Assembly (NCBI GenBank): GCA_964187785.1
Contig: OZ076409.1
Span: forward strand, 91,452,001-91,516,000
From: Amphiscolops sp. MND2022
Lineage: Eukaryota
DNA length: 64,000 bases
Reading direction: 5' to 3'
Position numbers and translations under genes: made by a program. This document shows positions 49,054 through 59,934 of this stretch, one piece after another. Every line of letters starts with the position of its first letter. Within the stretch, counting starts at the first letter, position 1. The notes below the pieces were generated by a model that searched no databases, was not told the origin of the DNA, and saw nothing but the letters and a program-made list of their open reading frames with translations.

Positions 49054-50634
49054 TAAAAAAAGTATTAGAACCTCATAGCTTGTGTTGCCGATGCAAATGT
49101 TCGAAACCAATAACATCAGCATTGACTGAAAAGATTAACGTTGTTTCACGCGTGAAAAACGCGCTGACCTTGAACGTAAACACAGATGACAGAATTACGT
49201 AATTTCTTTTGCGTAATGCGTGCCATCAGTAGTCCCGGTTCCAGTACGTTTTGCCTTAATTACTGCGTAGTACCATAAGTACTTTGCCGCCAAAATTACT
49301 TTGCCGTCACCCCCGTTGCTACCGTACCTTTTCTTTTTTATTTTCTTTTTCTTGTTTCTTTTCATTTTCTGGTGCCCTGACACTTGTTGACTGGGTTTTT
49401 GCTGGCAACTCGTACCCGAACCGAAGTTAGTCAAAGTGTACAGTCGAAAAGGGCCATCACAGCTTGAGTTTGAGATTGATCAAAAAATTGTCCAGATACT
49501 AGAAACAGGGTTTCTCTATCAGAATTGGAATTCCCTCCAAAAGTGGTTATCTCCTTCTTTAGTTGCAAATGAGCGTTTTAAAATCACAATTAAAGTGTCA
49601 TTCACTTGAAGAGGAAAATGGAACTCAGGGTGAGGTATTTTATGATTTATACACCATAGGTCTAGAAATTGTACTTGATCATTTGACAATGGGATTTTCA
49701 CAATCAAGCTGAAAAATTGATTCGGAGGAACTATTCTGGATGTTCTCAGGAAACATCTAGGCAGTCGTGAAAACTTCTAGGTGTAAAACCAATCAATCCA
49801 GTAAAAGGTGCTGAATCATGTTTATCGGAGTTCTGTTTGGTTCCCCTAATTTTCCTCCTTTACGTCGGATCTACTTAAAAAAATGTGCAAAAAACGGTAG
49901 TAAAAAGGTGTAAAAGGTAGTAGTAAGTCGTCTTTAGTAAAACGCAATTTTCTTCTGGTGTAACGTCAAAAATTCGAATGTAGCGTGATGAACCAAATGG
50001 TACAATTCAAAATTCTAAAATTTTGTAGAATTTTTCAGCCCGTTCGTGTGGTTTGAGAGAAAACAAGACAGGAACGTCTCAAGTCGGCGCAAAAAGGCTC
50101 AAAAATCATTCAAATCTGCTCAGGACGTTTTGTAAGAAAAACTCACAAAAAATTCGAAACACCCAAAGGATGCCTTTCGTGCTCGGAAAACGCTTCGGAA
50201 ATTTGGATATAGAGTTCTGGGTCTCATTGGAGCGCTTTGTTCGAACATCAGCCTCCCTCTTAGTAAAACGCAATTTACTTTGGATCGGATATAACGTCAT
50301 AGTTTGGATTTAGCGAAATACTTTCGAACCTCAGCTTCCTCCTTAGTAAAACGCAATTTACTGCGGAGACACACTAGTACAACAAAAAAGGCTGACTGTG
50401 CGCTTTCGAACTAAATCATCTAGTGACGTGTTCCCAACGTTTTCTAATTCCAGAACGATCACCTAGGATAAAATCTCCTGGTTATCACAATCCAAATCAA
50501 TGATAACTATTAGGTCGATGAAGCCAATGGGTTCTACCATCAATCACTGAATCATTGCGATTATCACTTACAAAAGGTTGGTATATATCAGTCATAAAAG
50601 CTGGCTCCATCTATCACTAATTGAATCACACAAC

Positions 50635-51188
50635 AGTAGTAAGAGAGTGAGCAGATCAGGTGGGGGGGTTCAAGACCCTATGTTTTAAGATAGGCTATAG
50701 CGAGCCGAGAGACGAGAAGGGTCTTGAACCCCTGGATTCGCATAGGCTCGACTCGTGTAGTGTGGGTGTATACCCATTGGGTGCAGTCGTGCTCGATTCT
50801 GATTGGCTGACGACTCGAGTCGTGTACTTTTGCACGATTCTGACGACTTGACTCAATGTATTAAGGTATTGAGCCGAGTGATTGTCAATGTATAAAGATG
50901 TGTTCAATGTATAAAGATAGGGAATAGCTTCGGTAATGTTTTAAGGTAGGGAATAGGGTTTTTCGGCACTGTGCGACATTTTCGGCACTGTGAGACTTTG
51001 GGTAAAAATTGATTTTTTGGTGGCCACGACCGCCCGCGGGAATAATTTTACCCGCCCGCGCAATATTTTATCCGCCTGCGGAATATTTAATCCGCCACGG
51101 GAATAATTTATCCGCCATAAAGGTTTAGCTCATTACTTGACTACTGTGTAGAGGAAAAAAATCATGTTTAAGTTGAAAAAAAATTTAA
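50635..51188 (+). repeat. Polinton-B left TIR
   Basis: Reverse complement of 63320-63876; the only difference I saw is G-run length. Internal 20-bp tandem repeat at 51030-51117. Confidence 0.95.
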
Positions 51189-51249
51189 ATTATAATGTAT
51201 AAATGTACTACAATCACATGTATAAACTGCACTTTACAATAAGCATGAG

Positions 51250-51639
51250 TTACATATAATTACTAATGAAAGAGAGTACGTTAACATCGTGAACTCCTGT
51301 AAGTTGCTCTTGCTGGAACTTGAAGAGATGAAAAGCTGAATATATGGCATAGAATCCGCACACGCTAGGATGTGACTGCAACTTTACTGGAACCATCTTT
51401 TGATAGTCTTGCTTGAGAAAATTGCATGATCCACCGAGAGAGTCTGCAAAATACAATTGCTGTTTAAATTTGGCAATCATTACCCAGTGCTCGCCAGACA
51501 TGTAACTTGGTTCAGTATTGACAATGGCAAATGTATCATTTGGCAGATTAGGGACACGATCAGAAGGAAATGAGCAGAGGTACCGATACTTGAGGAGAGG
51601 AATACGATCAATAATCTGTCGCAATGCAATGTCATCCAT
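51250..51639 (-). CDS. Adenain-like cysteine protease
   Basis: IVNTEP..GEHWV, YFADSLG, LQS...VCGFY; probable start MDDIALRQ. Confidence 0.88.
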   Translation of the reverse strand: MDDIALRQIIDRIPLLKYRYLCSFPSDRVPNLPNDTFAIVNTEPSYMSGEHWVMIAKFKQQLYFADSLGGSCNFLKQDYQKMVPVKLQSHPSVCGFYAIYSAFHLFKFQQEQLTGVHDVNVLSFISNYM

Positions 51640-51640
51640 A

Positions 51641-52984
51641 TTAGGTATTTTTACCGACAACACCAAACTTGTCAACTGCAACCGACGACATTCGTTCACC
51701 CAATATAATGACTTCTGTTACACTTTCGAGCGCTTCATTAAAGTTGAGTTCCAGTCGCAATGGTTCGCCAATCAATTCCGGATAGTGGTAATGTTCAGTA
51801 GCGTCTTGCATTGATGTCAAATCAAACACGAGCACATAGTGATCCTTGAAGTTGTCAATCGGGATTGACGGTAAATCGTCATGAAAGTTCATTGCTCTCA
51901 TTGTTGTGACATAGAGACGGCAATTATCGGACGTGTCATAGTCAACAACAGACTGACCGCCGCGTAGTATTCTAATGTGCCTCAATCCAAGCTGTTGATA
52001 CCAGTATGGATTTTCAGTAAAGGAACCCGTAAAGGCAGAATTTGTATTCATTGCTATGGCGATACGACGGATCGGTGCATTGTTGAAAATGTTTTCTTGT
52101 ATAAATTGATTCTGTCGGGCAGGAATGATAAAAGTCTTGGCAAGTGTTTCCAAGTAGTTATATTCTACTGGACTGTATGCTAGCATATCCATTCGCTTCT
52201 TGTGATAATCGTCTTTGAGTGTAATACGGCGATTATAAAGCGAACAATCCACAATTCCAAGGCTAACGTTAGGATTGTCACTAATCATGTAAAAATTGGG
52301 TCGAGCTCTAATTAGTCGTATTCTAACTTTCATGTTTGGGTACAATAGCTCTGAAGTGGTGAAAAAATCGACACCCAATTTACCATACAGCATAAATCCG
52401 TCAGGTCTGGAGAACATTTTCATTCTCCTTGAAAAGAATGGATCCTCCAAGGGGTTATCCATAGCGTCTTCTGGATTTGCTTCAAAGTCATAACCTTCAC
52501 AATGTAGCACTCCCTTGTACTCAAAAATGGCTCCTTTAAAATTGTTGGAAATGTAAGATTTATGAGCATGAAGTCCATTTGAATTGTAAATTTGCTGATT
52601 GTTTATATGAACTTCCACATTGGAGAAAATGGAGTGCATAATGTTGTTCACATGGGTAATTAAGGGAACCGTGTTGTCGTCGGCGGCATCAGCCTTTTTA
52701 TCTTCTCCTTCATTGTGTTCCTTTTTGGCTTCTTTTTTGTACGAATCAAATCCACGATGCTTCACCAATTTGAGTACCAAAGACAAATACGTTTGACGCA
52801 AATCAGTGTAATTGTTGCGATCAGTTTGAAATTCAAACTCGATACTGTTTCCATCCAATGACGTTGTAGGATAAATTTGTTGTTCATGCGACGAAAGTAC
52901 GTCATCGACAACTGGGACTTTACCGCCAACACTGCCAGAAACGGCCACAAAAGGTTGGTACCGAAAATTACTTTGTGCATTCAT
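51641..52984 (-). CDS. Polinton-B major capsid protein (447 aa, intact)
   Basis: YTDLRQTYL, NNIMHSIFS..EV.IN, LLYPNMKVRIRL.R, ENPY, LVFDLT, LRLELNF motifs of Polinton MCP. Confidence 0.85.
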   Translation of the reverse strand: MNAQSNFRYQPFVAVSGSVGGKVPVVDDVLSSHEQQIYPTTSLDGNSIEFEFQTDRNNYTDLRQTYLSLVLKLVKHRGFDSYKKEAKKEHNEGEDKKADAADDNTVPLITHVNNIMHSIFSNVEVHINNQQIYNSNGLHAHKSYISNNFKGAIFEYKGVLHCEGYDFEANPEDAMDNPLEDPFFSRRMKMFSRPDGFMLYGKLGVDFFTTSELLYPNMKVRIRLIRARPNFYMISDNPNVSLGIVDCSLYNRRITLKDDYHKKRMDMLAYSPVEYNYLETLAKTFIIPARQNQFIQENIFNNAPIRRIAIAMNTNSAFTGSFTENPYWYQQLGLRHIRILRGGQSVVDYDTSDNCRLYVTTMRAMNFHDDLPSIPIDNFKDHYVLVFDLTSMQDATEHYHYPELIGEPLRLELNFNEALESVTEVIILGERMSSVAVDKFGVVGKNT

Positions 52985-52986
52985 GT

Positions 52987-53346
52987 TTAGCGTGAAATGT
53001 TTGTGAAAATGTCTCTGCGCGAGCGACTGTTTATGTTGGTGGATTTTGTAGGAATGAATCTGCGCGTTCTCTTGCTACCGCCACCTAGTTGTTTCTCAAC
53101 GTCTTTTTGCCAACACTTGTTACAGCCGATTTTAAATTTTTTCTTTCCAATAATTACTTCTGCCATTTCAGGTACAGCATACTCCAACAAGTCAGCTCCA
53201 ACTCTTCGTGCAGCTGGGACGATAAATTTTTTAACAAAAGGAACTGCGGTTCTCCCAATAACTTGAGCAAGTGCTCCAAATCCTCTTCCGCGTTGTCTTG
53301 TTACTCCTCTATAATACGGTAGTTCAAGTTCTCTTGAGGCAACCAT
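52987..53346 (-). CDS. Small basic core-like protein
   Basis: YYRG..RQRGRGFG followed by an amphipathic helix; basic C-terminus ending RDIF; typical position between penton and MCP. Confidence 0.65.
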   Translation of the reverse strand: MVASRELELPYYRGVTRQRGRGFGALAQVIGRTAVPFVKKFIVPAARRVGADLLEYAVPEMAEVIIGKKKFKIGCNKCWQKDVEKQLGGGSKRTRRFIPTKSTNINSRSRRDIFTNISR

Positions 53347-53364
53347 TTCGCACAGTGTCTATTG

Positions 53365-54168
53365 TTAGTAATGAATGTCTGAAACTTTTCTAAACATTAG
53401 CACAAGACGTGTGATTCCAACAGAGACAAATGGAATCTTTTCACCCGAGGTGTACCTCAGATCAATATGTACACTATGAAAGGAATTTTTCAATAGGCGA
53501 CGAAATTGAAGGTTACTAAAAGTTTGGTAATTCATGTACTGTCCAGTAGTGATTACGTCTCCGGATTTCAGCTTGGAAATGAAAGGGAAGCAACGCAACA
53601 GGGGTGCTTTTGTGTCTCCAACAATGTTGTACTCCACAATATCAGTGTAAATCATTAGCGAATGAATACGAACAATATCGTACGCAAACTTTGGCCCATG
53701 AGGTTCCTTACCTCGCATCAAAATCCCCTTGTCGTCACCAACATCGCCACCAAATATATTTCCCAAGTCTGTACTGAAAATGACTAGGCTAGAGTCGTCA
53801 CTAATGAGTGAAAGTTCAATTTTTTGTGCGCGACGAGATACTTTAACAGTAATGCAACTTTCATTGTGATTGTTTCTCTCTTGTATAAGCAAATTCATTG
53901 CTTCAACAATGTCGGGTACGGATGAATACAGCCCAGGTTCCAAGTAATAGGCTGTTGTCGTTTTGGAGTAAATTGCGTCATAAAATAGAAATTTCCCATC
54001 TGTAACATTCTGGTACATTGAAGGGTAGGAAATCTCCGAAATTGCAACCTCCCATTGCCCTTCCAAATTGACTTGATCTGGCAAAAGGTTTGTGAATGAA
54101 CTAAGTGTATTGTCAGGAAACAGTTCAGATGACGCATTAGAGACCAACTCTATTGTAAAGGAATCCAT
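53365..54168 (-). CDS. Polinton-B minor capsid (penton-like) protein
   Basis: F.IEL.SNAS..FPDNTLSSFT..LP..L.G.WEVAISEISYP; IYTDIVE...VGDTKAPLLR. Confidence 0.85.
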   Translation of the reverse strand: MDSFTIELVSNASSELFPDNTLSSFTNLLPDQVNLEGQWEVAISEISYPSMYQNVTDGKFLFYDAIYSKTTTAYYLEPGLYSSVPDIVEAMNLLIQERNNHNESCITVKVSRRAQKIELSLISDDSSLVIFSTDLGNIFGGDVGDDKGILMRGKEPHGPKFAYDIVRIHSLMIYTDIVEYNIVGDTKAPLLRCFPFISKLKSGDVITTGQYMNYQTFSNLQFRRLLKNSFHSVHIDLRYTSGEKIPFVSVGITRLVLMFRKVSDIHY

Positions 54169-54195
54169 AACTAAACGACTCTAATCAACTCCTTT

Positions 54196-55107
54196 TCATA
54201 AACTTGCCTTTGATAACTTCGCCTTGTTCATCTTGTATATTATATGTGGGCGGTTTGCGTGTAGCAAGTGCAATAATTTTAAAAATTTCGTTTGTAAATT
54301 GCGGCTTGTAAATTTTCTGAACGGTAAATCTTGCTTGGAAATTCGAACGCGGTGTCCGACGTGGAACTTTGGTTTGTTAAAGTCTCTGATTGGTTTACTG
54401 TATAGCACAGACATAAAGTCAGAGTTTTTAACATTGCTCGGCTTCGCATCTATTGATCTATTCCTTCTCGTATTCAGCGTTGTAACAAATTGAGGCAACT
54501 TGTGAATATACTTGTATCCATAGTCTTCAATGTAGCGATACAAAACATTTTTCAATGAACGAATAGCTCTCTCGGCGAATGCTGCCTTTGTTTCACTCAT
54601 TGTTGAATAAATCTGTATTCCTTCTCTGTTGCAAAACTTTTTAAATTCACCAGCAAATTCTTTTCCCTTGTCAACCCAAATCTTTTGTGGTCTTTTCCGC
54701 TTTGTAATCATTTGCGTAAAGGCTCTAAGTGCCTCCTTAGAGTCCTTTGTTTTCAATCCTCTCACGTCTATTGTTTTGTCAAACACGTCCTGGCGAACTA
54801 GCAAGTACTTTATTCCTCTGTTATCCTTTGCCAGTTTATCAACATATGCCAAGTCCATGCACCAAATTTCATTCTTGTATCTAGCAAACGCTCTCATACG
54901 TTTAAACTTGCGTGTTGCAAGTGTAAATTTTGTATAAGAGTCTTTTGAATGTAAAAATTGTCTAACCTTGGAAATGGGTAGCTTGCTAGCTTTGGCCAGG
55001 TTTCGCACAGAGCCATATGCTCCAGGACCATGTGTATATAGTCTTTGAAGCTTTTGTCGCTCAGATTTTGAAAGGGATCCAGTTTCCTCTTTCTTTTGCT
55101 TTGGCAT
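54196..55107 (-). CDS. Polinton-B retroviral-like integrase (C-terminal frameshift)
   Basis: WCMDL, WVDKGKEF, AERAIRSLK (DDE intact); the frame shifts after ...DLPFRK. Confidence 0.9.
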   Translation of the reverse strand: MPKQKKEETGSLSKSERQKLQRLYTHGPGAYGSVRNLAKASKLPISKVRQFLHSKDSYTKFTLATRKFKRMRAFARYKNEIWCMDLAYVDKLAKDNRGIKYLLVRQDVFDKTIDVRGLKTKDSKEALRAFTQMITKRKRPQKIWVDKGKEFAGEFKKFCNREGIQIYSTMSETKAAFAERAIRSLKNVLYRYIEDYGYKYIHKLPQFVTTLNTRRNRSIDAKPSNVKNSDFMSVLYSKPIRDFNKPKFHVGHRVRISKQDLPFRKFTSRNLQTKFLKLLHLLHANRPHIIYKMNKAKLSKASL

Positions 55108-55474
55108 TCTGATTGAGGACTATACTAGGAGAAATGTTGGCTGCGTCCAGTAAAGTAAAGTAAATGTCGGGTACGTCAGCGTTTTTTCTACGCAAATGTT
55201 GAGCAAAATCTTGCAACAGTACTCCAGTATCTGTACCGTCTAGCACGATAGTGTCAGAGAGAGACAACTTTATACGTGGGGATGCTAAAAGTTTATCAAC
55301 CAATGAATCTGCCTTGGCAAACAACTTTTTGTTTATATCCTTTTTCAGCGAATCAACTTGGGACGTAGGAGTTTGTTGAGGTTGATATTTGGGTAGGTCC
55401 ACTTTTAACGTCGTGGACTTTGTTGTGTTTAGCTTGTTGAGAAGTGAAGCAGGTACAAGAACAAACTGCTCCAT
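55061..55474 (-). CDS. Polinton-B hypothetical protein
   Basis: MEQFVLVP... ORF tightly packed between the ATPase and integrase genes. Confidence 0.6.
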   Translation of the reverse strand: MEQFVLVPASLLNKLNTTKSTTLKVDLPKYQPQQTPTSQVDSLKKDINKKLFAKADSLVDKLLASPRIKLSLSDTIVLDGTDTGVLLQDFAQHLRRKNADVPDIYFTLLDAANISPSIVLNQNAKAKERGNWIPFKI

Positions 55475-55602
55475 ATCAAGACAAGTGATTAATGACAAAT
55501 GGGGTAATGGTATCAACCAGTTGTAAACCTCTCTCTGACGTCAAGAGATCTCGTCTCTGCTTCCAAATAGTTCGCTTTAAAGAGAGTAAGTGCAACTCTC
55601 GT

Positions 55603-56434
55603 TTATATTTGATAACGTGATGTCTTTTTACGTTTTGCAAGTTTCCTTTGAGTATGTTTACTATGCACTCGCTTAGAAACCGAATAAATTCTTTTGGACA
55701 CTATTGGAGAAATTGAATTTTGCACTTGCGGGAAAATGATTGGAACGCGTGGAGAATAGGGAGATTTTGTGTGCTCATCGTCCAAAATTGTCAAATGCTT
55801 CAAACTCTCTGGCACGTAAAATTTTGATGGAGTCTTTCCACTGTTTGTGCAGTAACGTAATCTATCGTCTGTTCGCGGCGATAAATCAATGAGCAAATGA
55901 CCAAAAGGAACAGACGTTGCATCTCTGTACCAATCCACGAGAGAGGAACCTAGTCCTAGTTGAATACTAAGTGTATTTGTTTGCATAACATCCCGGGGCG
56001 ATTTGAACAATGCAATGTGTGTAGTTTGTAGCTCTATATCGCGTCCGAGCGTGCTCCTTGTGAAACAAGTTGTGTTTAATGTATATAGTGCTAAGTCCAC
56101 GGTGTCTTCCAGCACTGGCAATTTTGACAAATTCTTTGGAACTGCACACTTCCTCACAAGAATCGTCAAAAACGAGGAGATACTTTGTTCCGTTGTTTTT
56201 CAATGAATCAATCAACTCAAAGTTCACTCCCTTGACAAACTCGATGCAATCAATTTCTTTTTGCATCTTGTCGTATAATGATTGATAATATTGGTAAAAA
56301 AAATAAATCTTGTCAAATTTGGGTTGAAATGTTCCGTTAGTTAACCACTCGTAAATCAACTGAGTTTTACCAGATTCACTAGGTCCAACCATGGACATAA
56401 AGACACGGTTTTTGGTGGAAATTACTTTGTTCAT
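55603..56434 (-). pseudogene. A32-like packaging ATPase with one frameshift
   Basis: GPSESGKT, LLVFDD, GRHRGLSTIYIKHNLF; continues in the 55603-56169 frame (HIALFKSPRD, HLLIDL). Confidence 0.88.
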
Positions 56435-56685
56435 AGTCTCGGTGTTGGAACAATGACTCCTGCAGCGCTACATAAAATTCCAACCCACACTGTAGATTCT
56501 TCACAACTTGTTGCCAAATGAATTCTCCAAAAGCTCCCCAAAATTATCAACAAAATGATGAAAAACTGGGACAAGAACACGATTAGTGATCTAGAGCAAG
56601 TTTGTCCCACGCACGTCCACGATTTTCGTTCACTGTTATTTCCGTCAAAAACAATTTTTTCCAAGTTCAAGTTGGTCTCAGTCAT
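56431..56685 (-). CDS. Small two-TM membrane protein
   Basis: Hydrophobic LIVFLSQFFIILLIILGSFW and VWVGILCSAAGVIVP. Confidence 0.7.
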   Translation of the reverse strand: MTETNLNLEKIVFDGNNSERKSWTCVGQTCSRSLIVFLSQFFIILLIILGSFWRIHLATSCEESTVWVGILCSAAGVIVPTPRL

Positions 56686-56798
56686 CTAGCTTGCTAGCGT
56701 GAGTGTATATTTAAGAATGAATCTCGTGTAGAAAAAACTTTGGTTGAACAAAAAAATTAAATTAGTATGAATGAGTAATACAAAGACGTACAATAAAT

Positions 56799-57251
56799 TT
56801 ACAAATTGAAATGTTGCACAGTCCATTCTCCAAACGCTTTTGCTTTCCGCTCAGCACAGTGTAGAATTGTCTTGTGTCTGTAGGGATAGCTAGTGCACAG
56901 CCAGTCAGTGTTTAAATGTTGAATCTTGGGGCAACCATAGTCATCCAAGTTTTCCACTTCCTTACCCAGTAATGTACTCAAAAATTTACACTTTTCCAAT
57001 CCTTTTGCAAAGTACTCGGCTCTGTATTGTCGCAATTCAGCCAACATGGTGTTGATACGGCTATAGTCTAGTGAGCCACTTTTCCAATCAATTTTGTGCA
57101 AGTTTTGGGTACACCAGAGTGTTTGATGTGTTGGTTGATAATTGTTGGGCGGTTTAAAGGAATATTCAAACACTTGTCCGTCAATATAAACACCCAATTC
57201 CTTGACTACATTCTTTTCCGCAAGTTCAATATCCAACACTATAAGCGACAT
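56799..57251 (-). CDS. DEDD/DnaQ-like exonuclease-fold protein
   Basis: IVLDIE..VVKELGV, FAKG.EK, HCA motif. Confidence 0.55.
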   Translation of the reverse strand: MSLIVLDIELAEKNVVKELGVYIDGQVFEYSFKPPNNYQPTHQTLWCTQNLHKIDWKSGSLDYSRINTMLAELRQYRAEYFAKGLEKCKFLSTLLGKEVENLDDYGCPKIQHLNTDWLCTSYPYRHKTILHCAERKAKAFGEWTVQHFNL

Positions 57252-57253
57252 GA

Positions 57254-57658
57254 CTAAAAGTCTACTGAATTGAAAATGGAGGGAACAAGCAATTTCAAGT
57301 AGAGACAATACAAAAGTCCAGTCACGTGACCTAATAAACACGAGTTTGGACCTCGACCAATCATATAACAGTATCCTGGTCCTTTGCCGTTGTGTAAATA
57401 AACAGAGCCGGCAGCGTCATGTAGTATTGCATGTAGTCTAAACACTTTGGAAAAACGGAAAATTTTGTCCAAGTGAGAGTCTCCATAACCAATCAATCCT
57501 CCAAAAGGAAATTCTTGGTCCATTTCGTGGAGTGAAATGTTCTCGTCCAAGCAATGACATACACAAAGAAACAAGTTTTTACGTATAGTATTCTTTGTAA
57601 AGCGAATTTTCAATCCAAAGTAAAAGCGAAATACGTTGACTAGAAACAGTACGTCCAT
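57254..57658 (-). CDS. Possible phospholipase A2-like protein
   Basis: G.IG.G..LDK..RLHAILHDAAG resembles the HD motif of viral PLA2s. Confidence 0.4.
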   Translation of the reverse strand: MDVLFLVNVFRFYFGLKIRFTKNTIRKNLFLCVCHCLDENISLHEMDQEFPFGGLIGYGDSHLDKIFRFSKVFRLHAILHDAAGSVYLHNGKGPGYCYMIGRGPNSCLLGHVTGLLYCLYLKLLVPSIFNSVDF

Positions 57659-57675
57659 TTCGGGTAAGAAACAAC

Positions 57676-58089
57676 TCAATTATGAATTGTGGATTCATCC
57701 AATACGATGCATCGCTTATAGAATGTATCCAAGTAGCTTAAAAGATACAATCGTTTAGCAAGTAGTGTCTTGTACTCTGTCAGCTTTAATTCAATTTCAG
57801 TATCCTTGAGGTACGTATTATTGCAATAACGATACACTACAATGTCTACTTTGTCTGTATCAGTTTGAAATCCTACGCAAATTTTACGTCTACCATTGTA
57901 AATTGTCCATTTAAGGCAAGAAATTTCGTCCTCGCATTGTTCGAGCTCTGGTAATTGTTGCAAATCGGCTATTGTTAGAGTAATTTTTGTGGGAGATGAT
58001 TTTGGTGTTGTAATAACAACATGATAAAGTCCCAATTTTGTTTTTAATCTGAGAAACAAGTTTCTATTTTCCCCAATGTTCCAACTCAT
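57676..58089 (-). CDS. Hypothetical protein (possibly PC4-like)
   Basis: Open 137-aa ORF; VDIVVY...EIELKLTEYKTL pattern. Confidence 0.5.
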   Translation of the reverse strand: MSWNIGENRNLFLRLKTKLGLYHVVITTPKSSPTKITLTIADLQQLPELEQCEDEISCLKWTIYNGRRKICVGFQTDTDKVDIVVYRYCNNTYLKDTEIELKLTEYKTLLAKRLYLLSYLDTFYKRCIVLDESTIHN

Positions 58090-58144
58090 TCTTACTAGGT
58101 TGAATGAAAAATGAAAGTTGTATGAAAAAGAATTTGCAATTTAT

Positions 58145-58816
58145 TCAAACAATATTACAAAGTGGTTTGTTATCAAGTACTTGATCACAAACAGAATTCA
58201 TTACATCTAGTAAATATATAAATTCATCAATTTTATAGTTCACATAGACAAGTTGTTGAAAATTTTCTTCCTCTGTCCTGCGTGTAAAGAGTCGTATCTG
58301 CGCGTAGGATGTTTCGGGATTGTCCTCTTTGTAGCGCAGCAATGTAACGCACACTTTGCGCTTGGCTCCCTCTGCAATCTCAATCACTTTGTGAACGTGC
58401 TTTAGTTGTTCGTCAATGTCTCTTGACAGCCCAACAACATTGATGTAAGGCAAATTTTCCTCCTTTGTAAAGTTGTCGGCAGCAACAATCAACTGATTCC
58501 GCAACCTCAAGAACTGCCTAAAATCGTATTGTCCCAGTGAAACACATTGATAGCGCTTGAATTCGTTGACAATGTCTTTTTTAAAGACTTTAAATTGCAC
58601 CTCCAAGTAATTCTTTTCATTTTTGGACCACGAAAATCGTCCAAATCGGTCTTGGTGCTTGCCAAAGTCCACAAAGTCGGTGCAAAGTGATTTGTCCAAA
58701 GTTGCATTCATTGCAGATTCCATTTCGCGGCTGGTTCTTGTCAAGAGTAAGTTCTGGGTGAGAAGGGGTTGATCGTAGTAATCGTCGAGGTTGTCGTTGG
58801 GTTCTGGAACAGGCAA
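58145..58816 (-). CDS. Hypothetical protein with two PC4-like repeats
   Basis: Two units of beta strands plus helix (YLEVQFKVF..VSLGQYDFRQFL; YAQIRLF..VNYKIDEFIYL); start codon uncertain. Confidence 0.55.
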   Translation of the reverse strand: MPVPEPNDNLDDYYDQPLLTQNLLLTRTSREMESAMNATLDKSLCTDFVDFGKHQDRFGRFSWSKNEKNYLEVQFKVFKKDIVNEFKRYQCVSLGQYDFRQFLRLRNQLIVAADNFTKEENLPYINVVGLSRDIDEQLKHVHKVIEIAEGAKRKVCVTLLRYKEDNPETSYAQIRLFTRRTEEENFQQLVYVNYKIDEFIYLLDVMNSVCDQVLDNKPLCNIV

Positions 58817-59112
58817 CTTTGTTTAGCGATTCAGAATGAAATTATGATTGGAAATGAAAATGTACTTGCTTTTATACTACTTTGGTCACGTGACTATTCC
58901 ATATTAGGAAATGTTTACGCCTCGTTTTCCATAAAAGGAAGACATTTCCTTTTGAGGTAATGTTTGTGCGCTGTCATTCAAACTTTGTATGTCATCCTTC
59001 CTTTTTAGGTAATGATTGCATTTCCTTTTATGGAAATCACGTGACTATTTCTTTTAAGGTAACAATTCCATCTTTTCAGATTCATTTTGTTCAACAAAAA
59101 CACAACGTTCAG

Positions 59113-59712
59113 ATGGCTGCTGTAATGATGCAAGTTGTTCCAAGTTTTTACTCTGTATACTCTACAAAGAGTGTACACATTTGTGCAAACACATATGAAA
59201 AGTATCTTGTCAGCAAAGACTATTGTGTTGCACAACACGAAGATTCCATGTGTACTGTTCCCAATTGTAAATATCACATTTTGCTCATTGCAGAGAAGGA
59301 TATCAATGTCTTGATGGAAAAATTGGACACTTTTTGTTTTACATATCAATTGGTCGACTGTCTTTATACATTATTCAAGTATCGCTTTGATGGAAAGATT
59401 GTTACCAAAAATGGACAAGTGTTTGACAATATTGAACGAGCTGTACGATTCAATCAACGCCACAAGACGGTTGAAAGGATGCCGAGTATAGCAAAAAAGA
59501 GATTGTTGCGTAAAAAATACAAGAGACATTTACTGAGTTCGTTTCAAAAGACAATTTCAACACAGACGAGTGGATCAGTTTTCGCAGACAGGATTGAACA
59601 AGTTAAAAAGACAAAATTTGAAGTAGAACTAATAAAAATTGTAGAATGTTTTTTAGATGGTTACGGTAATTATGATAGTATTTTAGTATCTTTTAAAATT
59701 AAATCTTTGTAA
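59113..59712 (+). CDS. Hypothetical protein
   Basis: Open ORF downstream of E-box/TATA-like motifs; likely start MAAVMMQ. Confidence 0.55.
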   Translation: MAAVMMQVVPSFYSVYSTKSVHICANTYEKYLVSKDYCVAQHEDSMCTVPNCKYHILLIAEKDINVLMEKLDTFCFTYQLVDCLYTLFKYRFDGKIVTKNGQVFDNIERAVRFNQRHKTVERMPSIAKKRLLRKKYKRHLLSSFQKTISTQTSGSVFADRIEQVKKTKFEVELIKIVECFLDGYGNYDSILVSFKIKSL

Positions 59713-59713
59713 A

Positions 59714-59896
59714 CTAACCACTGTTTTCTTCAACGAAATGAGACTTGTAGAGGTCGATAGGAAGTCTCAACATGACAATAAATAGACCAATGAGATCAGC
59801 AATTGCAGCAACGGCTAGTAGGAACAACAAGAATGCTCCAATAGTATAAATGGTCCACTTTACTAAGTCACAAAAGTCGTCGGAACACTTGCTCAT
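59714..59896 (-). CDS. Small membrane protein
   Basis: 60 aa with a long hydrophobic stretch. Confidence 0.5.
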   Translation of the reverse strand: MSKCSDDFCDLVKWTIYTIGAFLLFLLAVAAIADLIGLFIVMLRLPIDLYKSHFVEENSG

Positions 59897-59934
59897 TTTT
59901 GACTGAAATTAAAATGCACACTTTTACAAGTAAA

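Noticed and set aside
49195..49434. Upstream exon of the ankyrin gene
   Set aside because: Looks coding-like, but I could not establish frame-consistent splice sites.
50660..50907. ORFs in the Polinton-B TIRs (and mirror copies at 63601-63851)
   Set aside because: Short, no recognisable motifs, and duplicated only because of the TIR.
59113..59712. HUH/Rep endonuclease
   Set aside because: Only KYHILL resembles the motif; no HUH pair or helicase domain is evident.
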